A DNA stretch of 64,000 bases from Flaccisagitta enflata (Eukaryota). This document shows, in pieces, positions 25,420 to 37,400 of this stretch. Position 1 is the stretch's first letter. Each line of letters starts with the position of its first letter. The notes beneath the pieces were generated by a model that was not told where the DNA came from, searched no databases, and saw nothing but the letters and a program-made list of their open reading frames with translations. The stretch is from positions 19,654,001 through 19,718,000 of the forward strand of contig OZ231126.1 in NCBI GenBank assembly GCA_965153355.1. The letters run 5' to 3'. Both the position numbers and the translations under genes were made by a program.

Positions 25420-28400
25420 GTCGTTGTAACGGATTTTAAAAAATGGATAACTTTTTTATGCTTTGACCGATTTGGTTCATATTTGGTGGGAAGTTGTGCT
25501 AGGGTAAGGCGCTTTACATCCTATCCGATTTTTGTGATCCGACCAACCCAACCGGCCCAACCAGCCTACCGGCCTAAAAGTGAAAAACGTGCATAACTTT
25601 GGCATTTTTCAACCGATTTGGCTGAAATTTGGTATGGAGTCTTTAAATGGAAGGCCTCAACATATGTATATGATTTATATGCATTTGAGCATGCTAACCG
25701 GCCAAACCGACCTACCACCCAACCGCCAACCGGCCAAAAGTGGCTTGCGTAACTTTGTCATTTTTCAACTGATTTGGTTGAAACTTGGTATGGAGTCTCT
25801 AAATGGAAGGACTCAGCATATGCAAACTATTTATCCTGTTAAACCAGCCTACCACCCAACCAGCCTATTGGCCAAAGTGAAAACGTGCATAACTGGCATT
25901 TTTCAACTGATTTGGCTGAAATTTGGTATAGTCTCTAAATGAAGGCCTCAACATATGTATATGATTTATATGCATTTGAGCATGCTAACCGGCCAAACTG
26001 ACCTACCACCCAACCAGCCAACCGGCCTTAAGTAAAAACTTGCGTAACTTTGTCATTTTTCAACTGATTTGGTTGAAACTTGGTATGGAGTCTCTAAATG
26101 GAAGAACTCAACATATGCACACTATTTATCCTGTCAAACCAGCTACCACTCCAACCAGCCTACCAGCCTACCAGCCTAAAAGTGAAAAATGTGCATATCT
26201 TTGGCGTTTTTCAACCAATTTGTTGAAATTTTGGATGGAGTCTCTAAATGGAAGGACTCAGCACATGTATGTGATTTATTTGTGTTTGAGCATGCCAACC
26301 AGCCAAACCCACTTACCACCCAACCAGCTTACCTGCCTAAAAGTTAAAAACTTGCATAAATTGGACGTTTTTCAACCAATTTGGTTGAAACTTGGTATGG
26401 AGTCTCTAAATGAAAGAACTCAACATATGCACACTTTTTATCCAAACCAGTTTACCACCCAACCACCCTACTAGCCTAAAAGTGAAAAATGTGCATAACT
26501 TTGCCATTTTTCAACGGATTTGCGTGAAAATTTGTATGGAGGCTCTTAATGTAAAGAATTATAGTTTTAGCGAACTTACGGGGTTAGCAATCTTTTGGTC
26601 ATAGCGATCTTATGGAATTGGTGATCTATAACCCCCTTCCGTCGCGGACCCAGATACTGATCAGATTTTTTCTCTTTTTTTCCCCTTACATTTTTTTCCC
26701 CAAACCCTGTGGGTATTTCCCCCCCCCCCCACGGGGGGGGAATGTACAACAATATACAGGCCTGTTAATCGCCCGTAAAAGAAACCTGACCCCAGACTGT
26801 TCTCCACTCTCCAAGGTCTTATCAAATCATATCCTAATTCAATGCCTTCCCCGCTTCCAGGCTTCTCCGGGTATTGGTACGTGTACTTGGTGCGGTACGT
26901 TCTGCTTTTCTCTTACATCATTCCGATTTCGCTCCGCGTGAATTTGGACGTGGCCAAATTGGTCTACTCCTGGTTCATCCATAACGACAAAGAGATCCCT
27001 GGCACCGTCGTCCGATCCTCCACGTTGCCTGAAGAACTGGGCAGAATTCAATATTTGCTCTCCGATAAAACGGGTTTGTTAAACATTGGGTGATGGCCTG
27101 GGGATTTGTATGTTTTGCCTCATTTGAGATTCGTGCTGAATGTTGATGGATTGAGAAACCGATGTAAGAGACGGATTGGTGATGTGGGTCTCTTACCGGA
27201 GCCTGCCAATGGATGGGATGGACAGCGTGTCCACAGTTGCACAATGTTTGTATAGTGTTAGTGTGTCTACAGAGTCAGTGCAGGATTAATACTAAGCGTG
27301 CGAAGGATCTTGCGTTCCTGAGCATGGGGAATAGAAGACATCCACATAACACAAGCAGCGATAGAATGCGTCACGGGCGGACACTCCTCCGTGTCAAGAG
27401 CGTGCAATCCGTATAAACTAATGTCACTAATTAGCGGCAAGCGGCTAGTATGAAAGTTAGTAAATAAGCCGTTATAAGGACCCAGCGGTCCACCAAGATA
27501 ATCTAAGATAGCAAGGATATAATGACATGCATCTTAATGATTGGACCGAAAGAATAAGCGATAATCAATTAAGCATCATGCAAAGGAAAGATAGATAATG
27601 TATATAATGAACCATCCATCCACAACGCTAATGATAACGCTAATGATACTAGTGACAACGGGATCAGTAATGATCCAGAACGAGATTAGTAGCTATTGGA
27701 GACAGGATTAGTAATCACGGATAACCTTAACGGATGCGACTATTCCATGCAATGCTAATCTACAAGACGGAACTATCGGCGATACACTGGGACCGGTTAC
27801 GCAACTGCAGAGTTTATCCATCGGCGGCTTACACTTCCCCTCGACGCCAATGTACGTCCCGGGCATGAGCTGCGTCGAAACAAAGAACAACGATGCGGGG
27901 AAGCGTAATCGGTAGCGTTGCGAAAAAGAAAAAAAAACAAACCGCGGAACCCGAAAAAAAATTTTTCCCAAAATTGTAACGAGAAAAGGCAGAAATGTCG
28001 ACACGGAGACACGGTTGTAGTAAGAAAAAGGTAGAATACGAGTGAAGGGAAAAAGTGTAAATTGAGAAGAGATTCCATCGTAAACGCATCTCAGCCGCTT
28101 TCATTTGAGGTAGAAAAGAAAAACTTGGTCTAAGCCGCTTTTTTTTATTTTTCATAAGTTATTGCCGCATGAAAAGCAAAAGGAATAGCTAGCAAATATC
28201 ACGGATTGAAAATGAGCATCACACTAGGGAGAAAGAATCACGATTAAGGCATAAAATGGCAAATTAAGGATGAGGAAAACCGTACAAAACTAGATACGGA
28301 ATACGGAGAATCTAGTTCATTCAACGACGGCTTTGTCGGCTGCTTCCGCTGGGGCCCGAGCGGCCAGAATCGCGGCCAGAATCGCGGCCATTCCCTCGGT

Positions 28401-31400
28401 GCTTCGTCCGATGATGGCGTTGGCTTGAATCCTCCGACTTTCGATCAACTTTGCGCTTTCCGCGTTGCGAGCAACGGCCTCAAACTTGAAAGAAGGTTTC
28501 ACTTTTTGCTGAGCGAGGATGCAGCGCGATTTTATGAATGAAGGCTCCACTAGTATATTTGCCAAGGGGATCCCGTTCAGGATGAGAAGACGGAATTGGG
28601 AGGCTGGGTGACGCCAGCTATAGTCCCGGTGCCGAATATGTGAGAGTGGATATCCCAATGGGGGCTGGACAGAGCCATACCAAGGGAGTGTCGATGGGGC
28701 GTATTTTTGATGCATGGAGGTGTTTAAAATGGATGCATAAACCATGTGGGTTAGAGTGTAGGTGGAAATATGGAAGGTGAAATCACAGAGTGTCAGGTGA
28801 AGGTATGTATGCATGCGAGTGTAGATGTGAAAGTGATGTGAGTGATTTTGGATGAATGAATCCGGGAATACAGGCCGGAATTCATACAAGGAAATAGAAA
28901 GATTATGTTTGGCAGGTAGCCCTTTGATTGAAACAGAATCAGTTTGGGCAATGCTAGTAAGTGTAGAGGGAGTGAAGCAATCCAAGGAAACAGCGTCAAT
29001 GCCAGGGGATGCCGAACGATTTCGTAGGAGTAGAGGGGGTAAAGACTACAAGCATTTGACGACGCTAGTGTCTGGTGGGAGGTTGATTTGCACTATTAGC
29101 GTGAGACAGCGCCAATATCCGCCAATATTATTCCTTCCACGACAAATTTGCAGACAAGCGTGACTCGCGTTGCAGTGGCTTTACTAAAAAATCGGAAATT
29201 ACCTTCGCTAAAAAATTGGAAATTACCTAACTATCAAGCTGTGCTTGTGAGTGAATTTGGATAGGTGGGTCACTTAGGAATCTATCACTCTTCAATGTAG
29301 ACTATCGCTATCCGTTACAAGTAAAAAAGAAACAACTTTTCCACTTTTGCTTTAAGACAATGCAGTAGTTTCATCCAGACAAATGCATGAGACATGGTAA
29401 CATCATATCAGTTTGAACACACTGGGTTTCAGACATCAAACGTGACTAAATGTCACCTACACCTTAGTGCTTTTAAACATGTGAAGGGGCACTTAGTCTT
29501 CCAAAAAGAGTGCGTCCAATGGCACTCGCCTGAATCATATGTTTCTTTCTAATACAATTATTCCTTTTCATGAACTTGCGGTTGAAAGTCCCAAATTAGT
29601 TGACATTTCTAATTTGGTCTTGAGGCTGGGTATGCGTGTATCGGTTCCATCATGACCTTCTAACTACGTTTCCCAATGTGTTCCATCAGTTGGCGATGAA
29701 GATTGGTATCACTTGCGTCTTGGTCCTACCAAGAAAGATGTAACATGGTGAGAATATTGGCAATTGTCGCCAAAAACAAAGAAAAATGGTTTCTTAGTGC
29801 GCACATTTATTCCCTTTGACTCAGGGAAGAAAAATTTGTTATAACTTAAGCCTTGATTTGGCCTTAATCACACGTTCAATCATAGGTCCATTCATTCGTA
29901 AGTGACCAACTTGTCATTCATGCACTCATTCATTTTGGATTGATCAAAGCAATTTTGGCTTCGCGACTTATGTCAGTACCGTGTTTCACATACCTTTCGA
30001 TGAGGTTAGACGCATATGGAATTCCATTCTTCATACTTTCGCGGTTGCATCTTCTCCCAAAAGCGAGGGTGGGTCTTCTTCCAGCGTTCCAAAGGCGCGA
30101 AACCCACTTGCAGACATAAGGCAATTGGGGATCGTGTGCATATGATTGAGTCGAGCTGCCGCTTTCAGGTTGGGAAAGATGAAAAAATTTGATATCTAAT
30201 CTATTTTACCCGGGGTTTGAACTAAAGTAGCTCTACAGGAGAAAAAAAAGGTTTCATGATCATGTATGTACAGTTGGGCTCAACAAGGCACGGACGATGG
30301 GTGCAATTAAGTTAAGTCCTGGGAGAGAGAGGGGGCAAATTCCTGGCCGGGTAAAGTTGTTATCTTAGGGTTAAGAGGTGTTAATTTTCTTATGGTTGGC
30401 GGAGGGGGGGGTTGGAATGGATAACTTGGGGGGCAAAAGTAGAAAATGGAGACAATAGACAATAAACTACTTTTTTTGTATTTTCAAGTTTTGATTTCTA
30501 AAAGCTAATCGTAATGGGACATTTATCAGAGTCATGACACAAGGGTGCGAGTTTCAACGTGTAGGGGGGGGGATTGTTAGCGTGGATAATATCCTTGAAT
30601 TTCCGAGTTAGGATAAAATCAAAGGGAAAGGAAGATCGAGTTTACGATTTCTTTAAAAATCTTCCATTTGGGCCGTGTGGGGCCGAGGGGACTGAACGGT
30701 TTTGCGAGCGAGAAGGCTCAGCTATGGTTTGCTCAAGATTGGCTTGGTTCTCATTGTTGGGCTTTGACCAAGTGCTACGGGAATTTGGCCGACTGGGATT
30801 GAGGTTGAGGTGACGTATCTCGTCAGGGATAGAGAGAGGATTATTGATATAACAGGTGTCTAATTCCCACGCTGACTCGGGAGCAAGACTAATACCAGTG
30901 GAATTGACCAATTGGGGTGCAAGTTAACCGATTGATACGTCAGGGACAGATAGCACAACTTCCCCAGTATCAAGATATTGGTTTTGTCCGTCAGTAATAA
31001 TGGTATGACTTCCCCAGTATAGGGACTTAGATTTGGTTTGTCAGTAGCAGTTAAATCAACTTCCCCAGTATTATGATTTTGGTTCAGTTTGTCAGTAGCA
31101 GTTACGTCTACTTCCCCAGTGTCTAGGTTGATGTCCTGTCTGTCATTGTCAGGGTGAGGAGTGATGACAGATGGCGGTAGGGTGACAGTAGGTGCATTAG
31201 TGGCTGCTACTGGTGCTGTTTGTGTTTAGGCTGCTGGGGTTGTTGGGGTGAGTGCTTGGTTGTTGCAGCATTTGACGATGCTGCAGCAGGAGTAGTAAGC
31301 AAGGAGCAGGAGCAGTTGACGGAGTTGTAGCTCGGTAGTTGTTCCGGAGTGGGAGGCAGTACTGCAGCGGCGGCAAGCAAAGCAGGAGCACAAGACGGTG

Positions 31401-34400
31401 CTGGGGCAGGGGAAACAGGAAACAGTGGGAAATAGTCACAGGGTTGTGGAAATGTGATTGTGTGAGGAAATGACATGCGCATCAAATAAATAAATATTTG
31501 GTCAGTTGGACAGAAAAAAAACTTTGTTCCTGCAACGCGGGCTGGGGTACCAGTAAGGTTTGAATTGTATCAGCTGCCATTAGTTGCAACTTCCCCAGAT
31601 ATCAGTTACAGGGATAGAAGATTAAAGTTGAAATAGGCACTACTATTACCTGGTTAGCTTTTGCAGGTTTAGTGAAGTTTCGCATTGTCTTAGTAGTCCC
31701 GACCACGATTACGGCGGCTACGACCTTGACGTAGGTCATGGAAGCCATAATCACGGCGACCGTCAGGGCTGTGGCGGTGACGATCAGGGCTGTCATGGTA
31801 ACGATCAGGGCTGTCATGGTACCGATCAGGGCTGTCATGGTACCAATCAGAGCTGTCACGACGATGGTCCCGGTCTCGACTATCGTGGCGGCGGTCTCGA
31901 TCATGGTCGCGGTCTCGACTATCATGATGACGGTCTCGTCGGTCATAGTCTCGGTCACGGCTGTAACCCCTATCTTGGCTGTCATACCGGCCACGACTGT
32001 CACGACTGTCACGGCTATAACCCCTGTCCCGAGAGTCGTAGCGAGGGCGGCTGTAATCCCGACTGCTATCTCGTCGATCATCATAGCGTCTGCTGTAGTC
32101 TCTTCGATCGAAGCTGCCACGGCGACTGCGATCGCCGCTGTAAGCTCGGTAGCGACCCTCATCGCGTCTTTCACTTTGATGGTCGCGGCTGTCATCTCTG
32201 CGACGTCTGTTATCCCAATCTCGACTGCGGCTTTCGGAACAGCGGTCGCGGGAGTCGTATCGGTCATCGCTTGAGTCACAGTTGCGGCTGCAGTCTCGCG
32301 AGAATCTTTTCTCGAGTCTGTCCTGGCGTTCGTCTGCACTTTCAGCTTTCACTGCCAGGCCTTGAACTTGCATCTCGAGTTGTTTAATTCTGTCCTCTGA
32401 CATTGATTTTGCGGTGAATGTTACCGCTCTGGCAGGAGCGGCCGCTGCGCCACTTTCCTCCTCGGCTTCAGCGTTTGCAAGGCGCAAGCGGTCGGCGATG
32501 TTTTGCGCCTCTTCAATCTTGCGCTTGTCCTTCGCCAGACCAATGTCGATAGCTTTTCTGTAGTCTATCGGCAGTGCGAGGCGAAATCTGAAAAAGTATT
32601 CTCGCTCTCTGGCTGCTGCCTGTTCGTATTTGTCAACAGCTTTGCGGATTCTAGCGGCGAGGTCTTGGAAGCTCTCCACGCCGTCCCAAACAATTGTGTT
32701 GCGGCGTGCGTGCCAATTGTACTCTTCTTGTGGATCGACAAGGGCTTTGATAAACTCCGATTTTATAACTGTCCAATCGGTGGACGTGATTGCCGAGTAT
32801 TTTCTTTTGGCCTTGTCATCAAGTTTGAGGGGGAACCAATTCTTACAGTTATCATTTTGGGTTCCTTCAACCTCAGTGGGTAGGCACATTTTGACAGTGG
32901 CTTCGAATAAGGGTATCCATTCTTCTGGGTCGTCAACATCCGACCTGAATTTATCAATGGGGAGGCTTGTGACAATCTTTGAGTCTGCCATCCTGCCTCT
33001 GCTTCTGCTTCTCCTTCTTACTCTTGTTCTTATCCTCTGAAAGCCCCAAGGACTACTTGGGAATACCTCGTCGTAATCAATATTTAGTGATTGGCTAGAG
33101 CAGAAGCAGGTAGGCTAGGGCAGCAACAGGTTTGAGAGGAAAAGGAGGTGTGACTGGTTGATGCGGAACCAGCACACCAAAGTTTGTAAAACAATACAAT
33201 TCGGAAATTCAAAAGGATGAAATGGAGGAACAGATACGATGTAGACGGTCGCAATCTGGCAAATTCAGAGTAAAACGGTAGCAAAATTGAGTGTAAAGGC
33301 TCAAGAAATGAAGGCGCAAACTGGAGTCATGAATGAGTGAAAAATGAGGGGAGATTCCATTCCATACGAGGTAATAGAGGTAATTCAAGCAAACATTTTG
33401 GTGAAGGTAGGTGAATATGGTAGGTTATTGAAACAGTGTGCTGAGGAGGGAATTGGAGAGAGAGTGAGACTGGTTGGAATTATTGCGGGCTCGTCGCACG
33501 CATCTCGTCGCGCAAAGCTTCAAAGGGAAGCTCGATGAAGTTGTTGAATTCCCTGCGGGGAGCGTTGCGGAAGGCGTAGCGCCAAGCAACAATGACCTGA
33601 GTTTCGTTCTCGAAGCTTTCGGTAGCAATGGCCCTGGCGATGAAGAGTTGCCAAGCTTCCTCGGGATCGATGTCAGGCTGGCTCTGTCTGATATGGACAA
33701 TGTCGCTGAGGAACACGCGGCGGAGGCGGAGTCTGCCGGAGTCAACAAGTGCGCCAACGGTCATGCGATCAAGGTCAGCGGGTGCCAGGTTGAAGGGTGG
33801 CTGGCTGTTGAGATGATCGAGGAAGCTTCCACCAAGCGAGGCAGCAGCGGAAGATTCGGTGGTCACGAGGGAAGGTTGCGAAGAAGAAATGCCAGTGGTG
33901 GACGAGCTAGTGGCTGATGAGTCGGATTGTGCGTCGTCGGCGTGGGCGGGGCCAGTTGGTGGAGCCGGTGGGGTTCTACGGGCAAAGATTGGAACAAGGC
34001 CTGCTCCGTGTGCTTGTCGGATCAGCTCTGCAAGCGGTGACCGGGCGCTACCTTGCGGTAATGGACGGACGTTCAGGCGGCAGAAAAGATTGGAAATACC
34101 AGCGTCCATGCGGGTGCTGCGACCAGCAGATGCGCCGCAGCGGATGGAGGGTGAACGTCTAGGGTTCACCGGCGAGCCGCGAAAGCGGCGATGTGGTGGA
34201 GTATAGTGGTATGGCTGTGCGCGCGTCTCTGGTGAGCTGCGCAAGGACACACGGCTACCCCAGGACCTATTACGGTTGTTACAAAGGCTGGCAGCGCGAC
34301 CCCTGCGAGGCGAGTAACGGCCTCTGCTAGGCGGTGAGAAGCGGCTTCTGCGGGGCGAATTACGGGCACCACGTAATGGAGATTGGCGGACGCCACGTAG

Positions 34401-37400
34401 AGGCGAGTAGCGGGCACCGCGCGGAGACAAATAGTGTGCGCCCCGAGGTGGCGAATAGCGAACGTTGCGAACGGGTGAATAGCGGACGTAGCGATCAGGC
34501 GATTGTGGTTGTCGTCTACGATTGTCCCCACGTGGGGTGTCAGGAGTTGAGTCAAGTCTCCTTACCTGGCGGTTGTCTCCAGTGGGTGAGAGGACTTGCA
34601 TGGGTATCCATCCACTGTCTCTGGACGGGCTACGCCTTGATACAGAAGGCGCGTCGAATCTACTGTTTGGGCGTGACATGAAATGGCGAAGATCCGAGCA
34701 TGATGGAGGCCTCTCACCATTTGGGCATACCCCTGAAGCGTTGTGGTTGCGGTTTGGGGATGGACGTCTCCCCGAGCTGCGCGTAGCCTGTTCGTAAGAT
34801 GGCGGATTACCAGGCGTTGATGACGCTGCCGGACGTGGTACCTGATTGGAATTACTGCTAACAGGTGCCAGTGAGTGCAGGTGCGATGCGATTGCGCTGG
34901 TATGATCGTCACAACATTCGATCCTGTGGTAATGATGGTGAACTACTGACCTTACTGATGTTGTGGGTTGCTGTGGTGCGCGAGGTCTGGTGCCATTGCC
35001 GGTGTTGTTTGCAGGTGCACGTGCAGATGCTTGCGCGCAAGCATTTGGAGGTGGGGTCTCTTGGGACGCGCTAAAAGCGCTCCCGTCCGAGCTGGAAGAG
35101 CTCTCTCTCCTATTTGAGTTTCTGTCCATCGGTGCTATGGAGCGGTAGGGGGATTAAATTGATCAGTAATAAGCAGTGCAATAAATTTAACATTATAGTG
35201 AAGCTAAGTTCCAAGGTGGGCGGCTGGGTCCTTATCAGTGCGTGAAAAGGGACCCGCGGAAGATAAAGAGGAAGTACTTCCCTGAAGCTTCACACAAACC
35301 TGCTAGCAAGTGGGAAATCTGCTCCACACGAACTCTCGCTAGTGCAAGTGCTTGACAACAGTTGCTACTACCTGTAAGACAGAAGATAAGGTTTTTGCGA
35401 AGATAGACGACCAAATTAAATTAGGCAGATCTAGTTAATGTGGTCGGACGTCTGCCACATGAACTAACCCTGGCGCCTGGGCTTTGTTCGACGAATTAGA
35501 TGTTGGGTAAGAAACGGCGGGTGCTAGAAGAGTTTTTGCTAGTAGGGGAATACAGGCCCTACAGCAAATGAGTGATAGTACTAGATGGAAACTCCACTAC
35601 ATAGACTGAATAAGACGTATCCCAGAAGATGACGCTTCTGAGTATAGTGCAGATTGGGCCTAGTGAGGACTCTAGTGATGAACTAACTCACGTGCGTTAA
35701 GGGTGTGCTGTATGATTCTTAAGGGACACAGAGGGTGCGTGGGTGCGGGTGCCGATGCACCACTTGTAAGAGACGGATTGGTGATGTGGGTCTCTTACCG
35801 GAGCCTGCCAATGGATGGGATGGACAGCGTGTCCACAGTTGCACAATGTTTGTATAGTGTTAGTGTGTCTACAGAGTCAGTGCAGGATTAATACTAAGCG
35901 TGCGAAGGATCTTGCGTTCCTGAGCATGGGGAATAGAAGACATCCACATAACACAAGCAGCGATAGAATGCGTCACGGGCGGACACTCCTCCGTGTCAAG
36001 AGCGTGCAATCCGTATAAACTAATGTCACTAATTAGCGGCAAGCGGCTAGTATGAAAGTTAGTAAATAAGCCGTTATAAGGACCCAGCGGTCCACCAAGA
36101 TAATCTAAGATAGCAAGGATATAATGACATGCATCTTAATGATTGGACCGAAAGAATAAGCGATAATCAATTAAGCATCATGCAAAGGAAAGATAGATAA
36201 TGTATATAATGAACCATCCATCCACAACGCTAATGATAACGCTAATGATACTAGTGACAACGGGATCAGTAATGATCCAGAACGAGATTAGTAGCTATTG
36301 GAGACAGGATTAGTAATCACGGATAACCTTAACGGATGCGACTATTCCATGCAATGCTAATCTACAAGACGGAACTATCGGCGATACACTGGGACCGGTT
36401 ACGCAACTGCAGAGTTTATCCATCGGCGGCTTACACCGACACTTGTAATGAACCACGCTACCTCTTCTTCGAGTCTGCTATACTCTAACACAATGGCCCC
36501 ATCGTAGACTGTGACTAAGAATTTTATATTTTTGTCTACTTCTCTTTCCTCCATTCAGGAACGCTAACTCAAAATGTGATGATATTCAAGCGCCTTCATT
36601 TGGGAACTGTTTCTTACACAAGCGATACGATGGACGAGATCCAAAGTCATTTGAAGAACGTCTTCGACACGGCGGAGGCCAATTTCAATCAGACGCAGCC
36701 CGCATCGCAGCAGCCGCCGCAAACAACATCGACTGGCGGCCCCGTCGCCGTGAGTCAAAGCTCTTCAAGCACCGACACACCGGCTAAACGTAGCACGCAA
36801 GGACCGAAGATGCGCAGGACGGTGGTGACGCGCGTGTTGGACGCCGTTAAAGCCATCGCCATCTGCCACAACGTCACGCCCGTTCATGAAAGCGATCCCA
36901 ACGCTAAGGTGAAAAGACGCCTAGAGAATCTCGTTTGCATAGAAGTTCTGTCTTAGAGTTTGATATTAACCGGGCTTCTCAATGCCGAGTTACACTTACC
37001 CAAGTTTCAAAAGTTTGAACGTTCGTGTTCGTCTGTTATCAACAAAACTGATGACACGTTCCTATTTCTGTCCTCAGTTCAAAGACGAGTCCTCGACTGA
37101 CGTGGAGATTCCGATCGGAACCAAAGTAACTTATCAAGCGTCATCGCCGGATGAAGTGGCTCTTGTCGAGTGGTGTGAAAATGTCGGCCTTACCCTCGTC
37201 AAGAGAGATAGGAATACCATGCAGCTTAGAACGCCCATCGGAACCTCTCTCCACTACCAAATTTTGCAGGTTGGCGCTGGCATTGCGTGTTATCTGACTG
37301 TTGCCTCGTGAAGACACGTTGCTACATTTCACCTACTTCTCCCGATGAGAAAATTTCCACAGCGAAATATGATACGCCGAAATCTTTAACTATCCTAAAT

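Larger units (their letters stand above)
27163..36435 (-). mobile_element. Structurally complete non-autonomous LTR retroelement (element B, 9,273 bp, Ty3/Gypsy-like cis signals), no recognisable pol
   Basis: Two 671-bp LTRs with TGTAAG...CTTACA ends; TSD CCGA (27159-27162 and 36436-36439); PBS, PPT and two long ORFs on the - strand. Confidence 0.95.

Noticed and set aside
25106-26764. Possible hAT MITE enclosing the HINE copy (CAGGGATGTATAT / ATATACAGGCCTG)
   Set aside because: TIRs imperfect and no TSD found.
27213-27416. Identical 67-aa ORFs in both LTRs (also 35815-36018)
   Set aside because: Short, antisense to the element, no motif; simply reflects LTR identity.
28317-28985. 222-aa ORF near the 3' LTR as a possible env
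   Set aside because: No signal peptide, furin site or clear TM anchor, and a non-ATG start; left unassigned.
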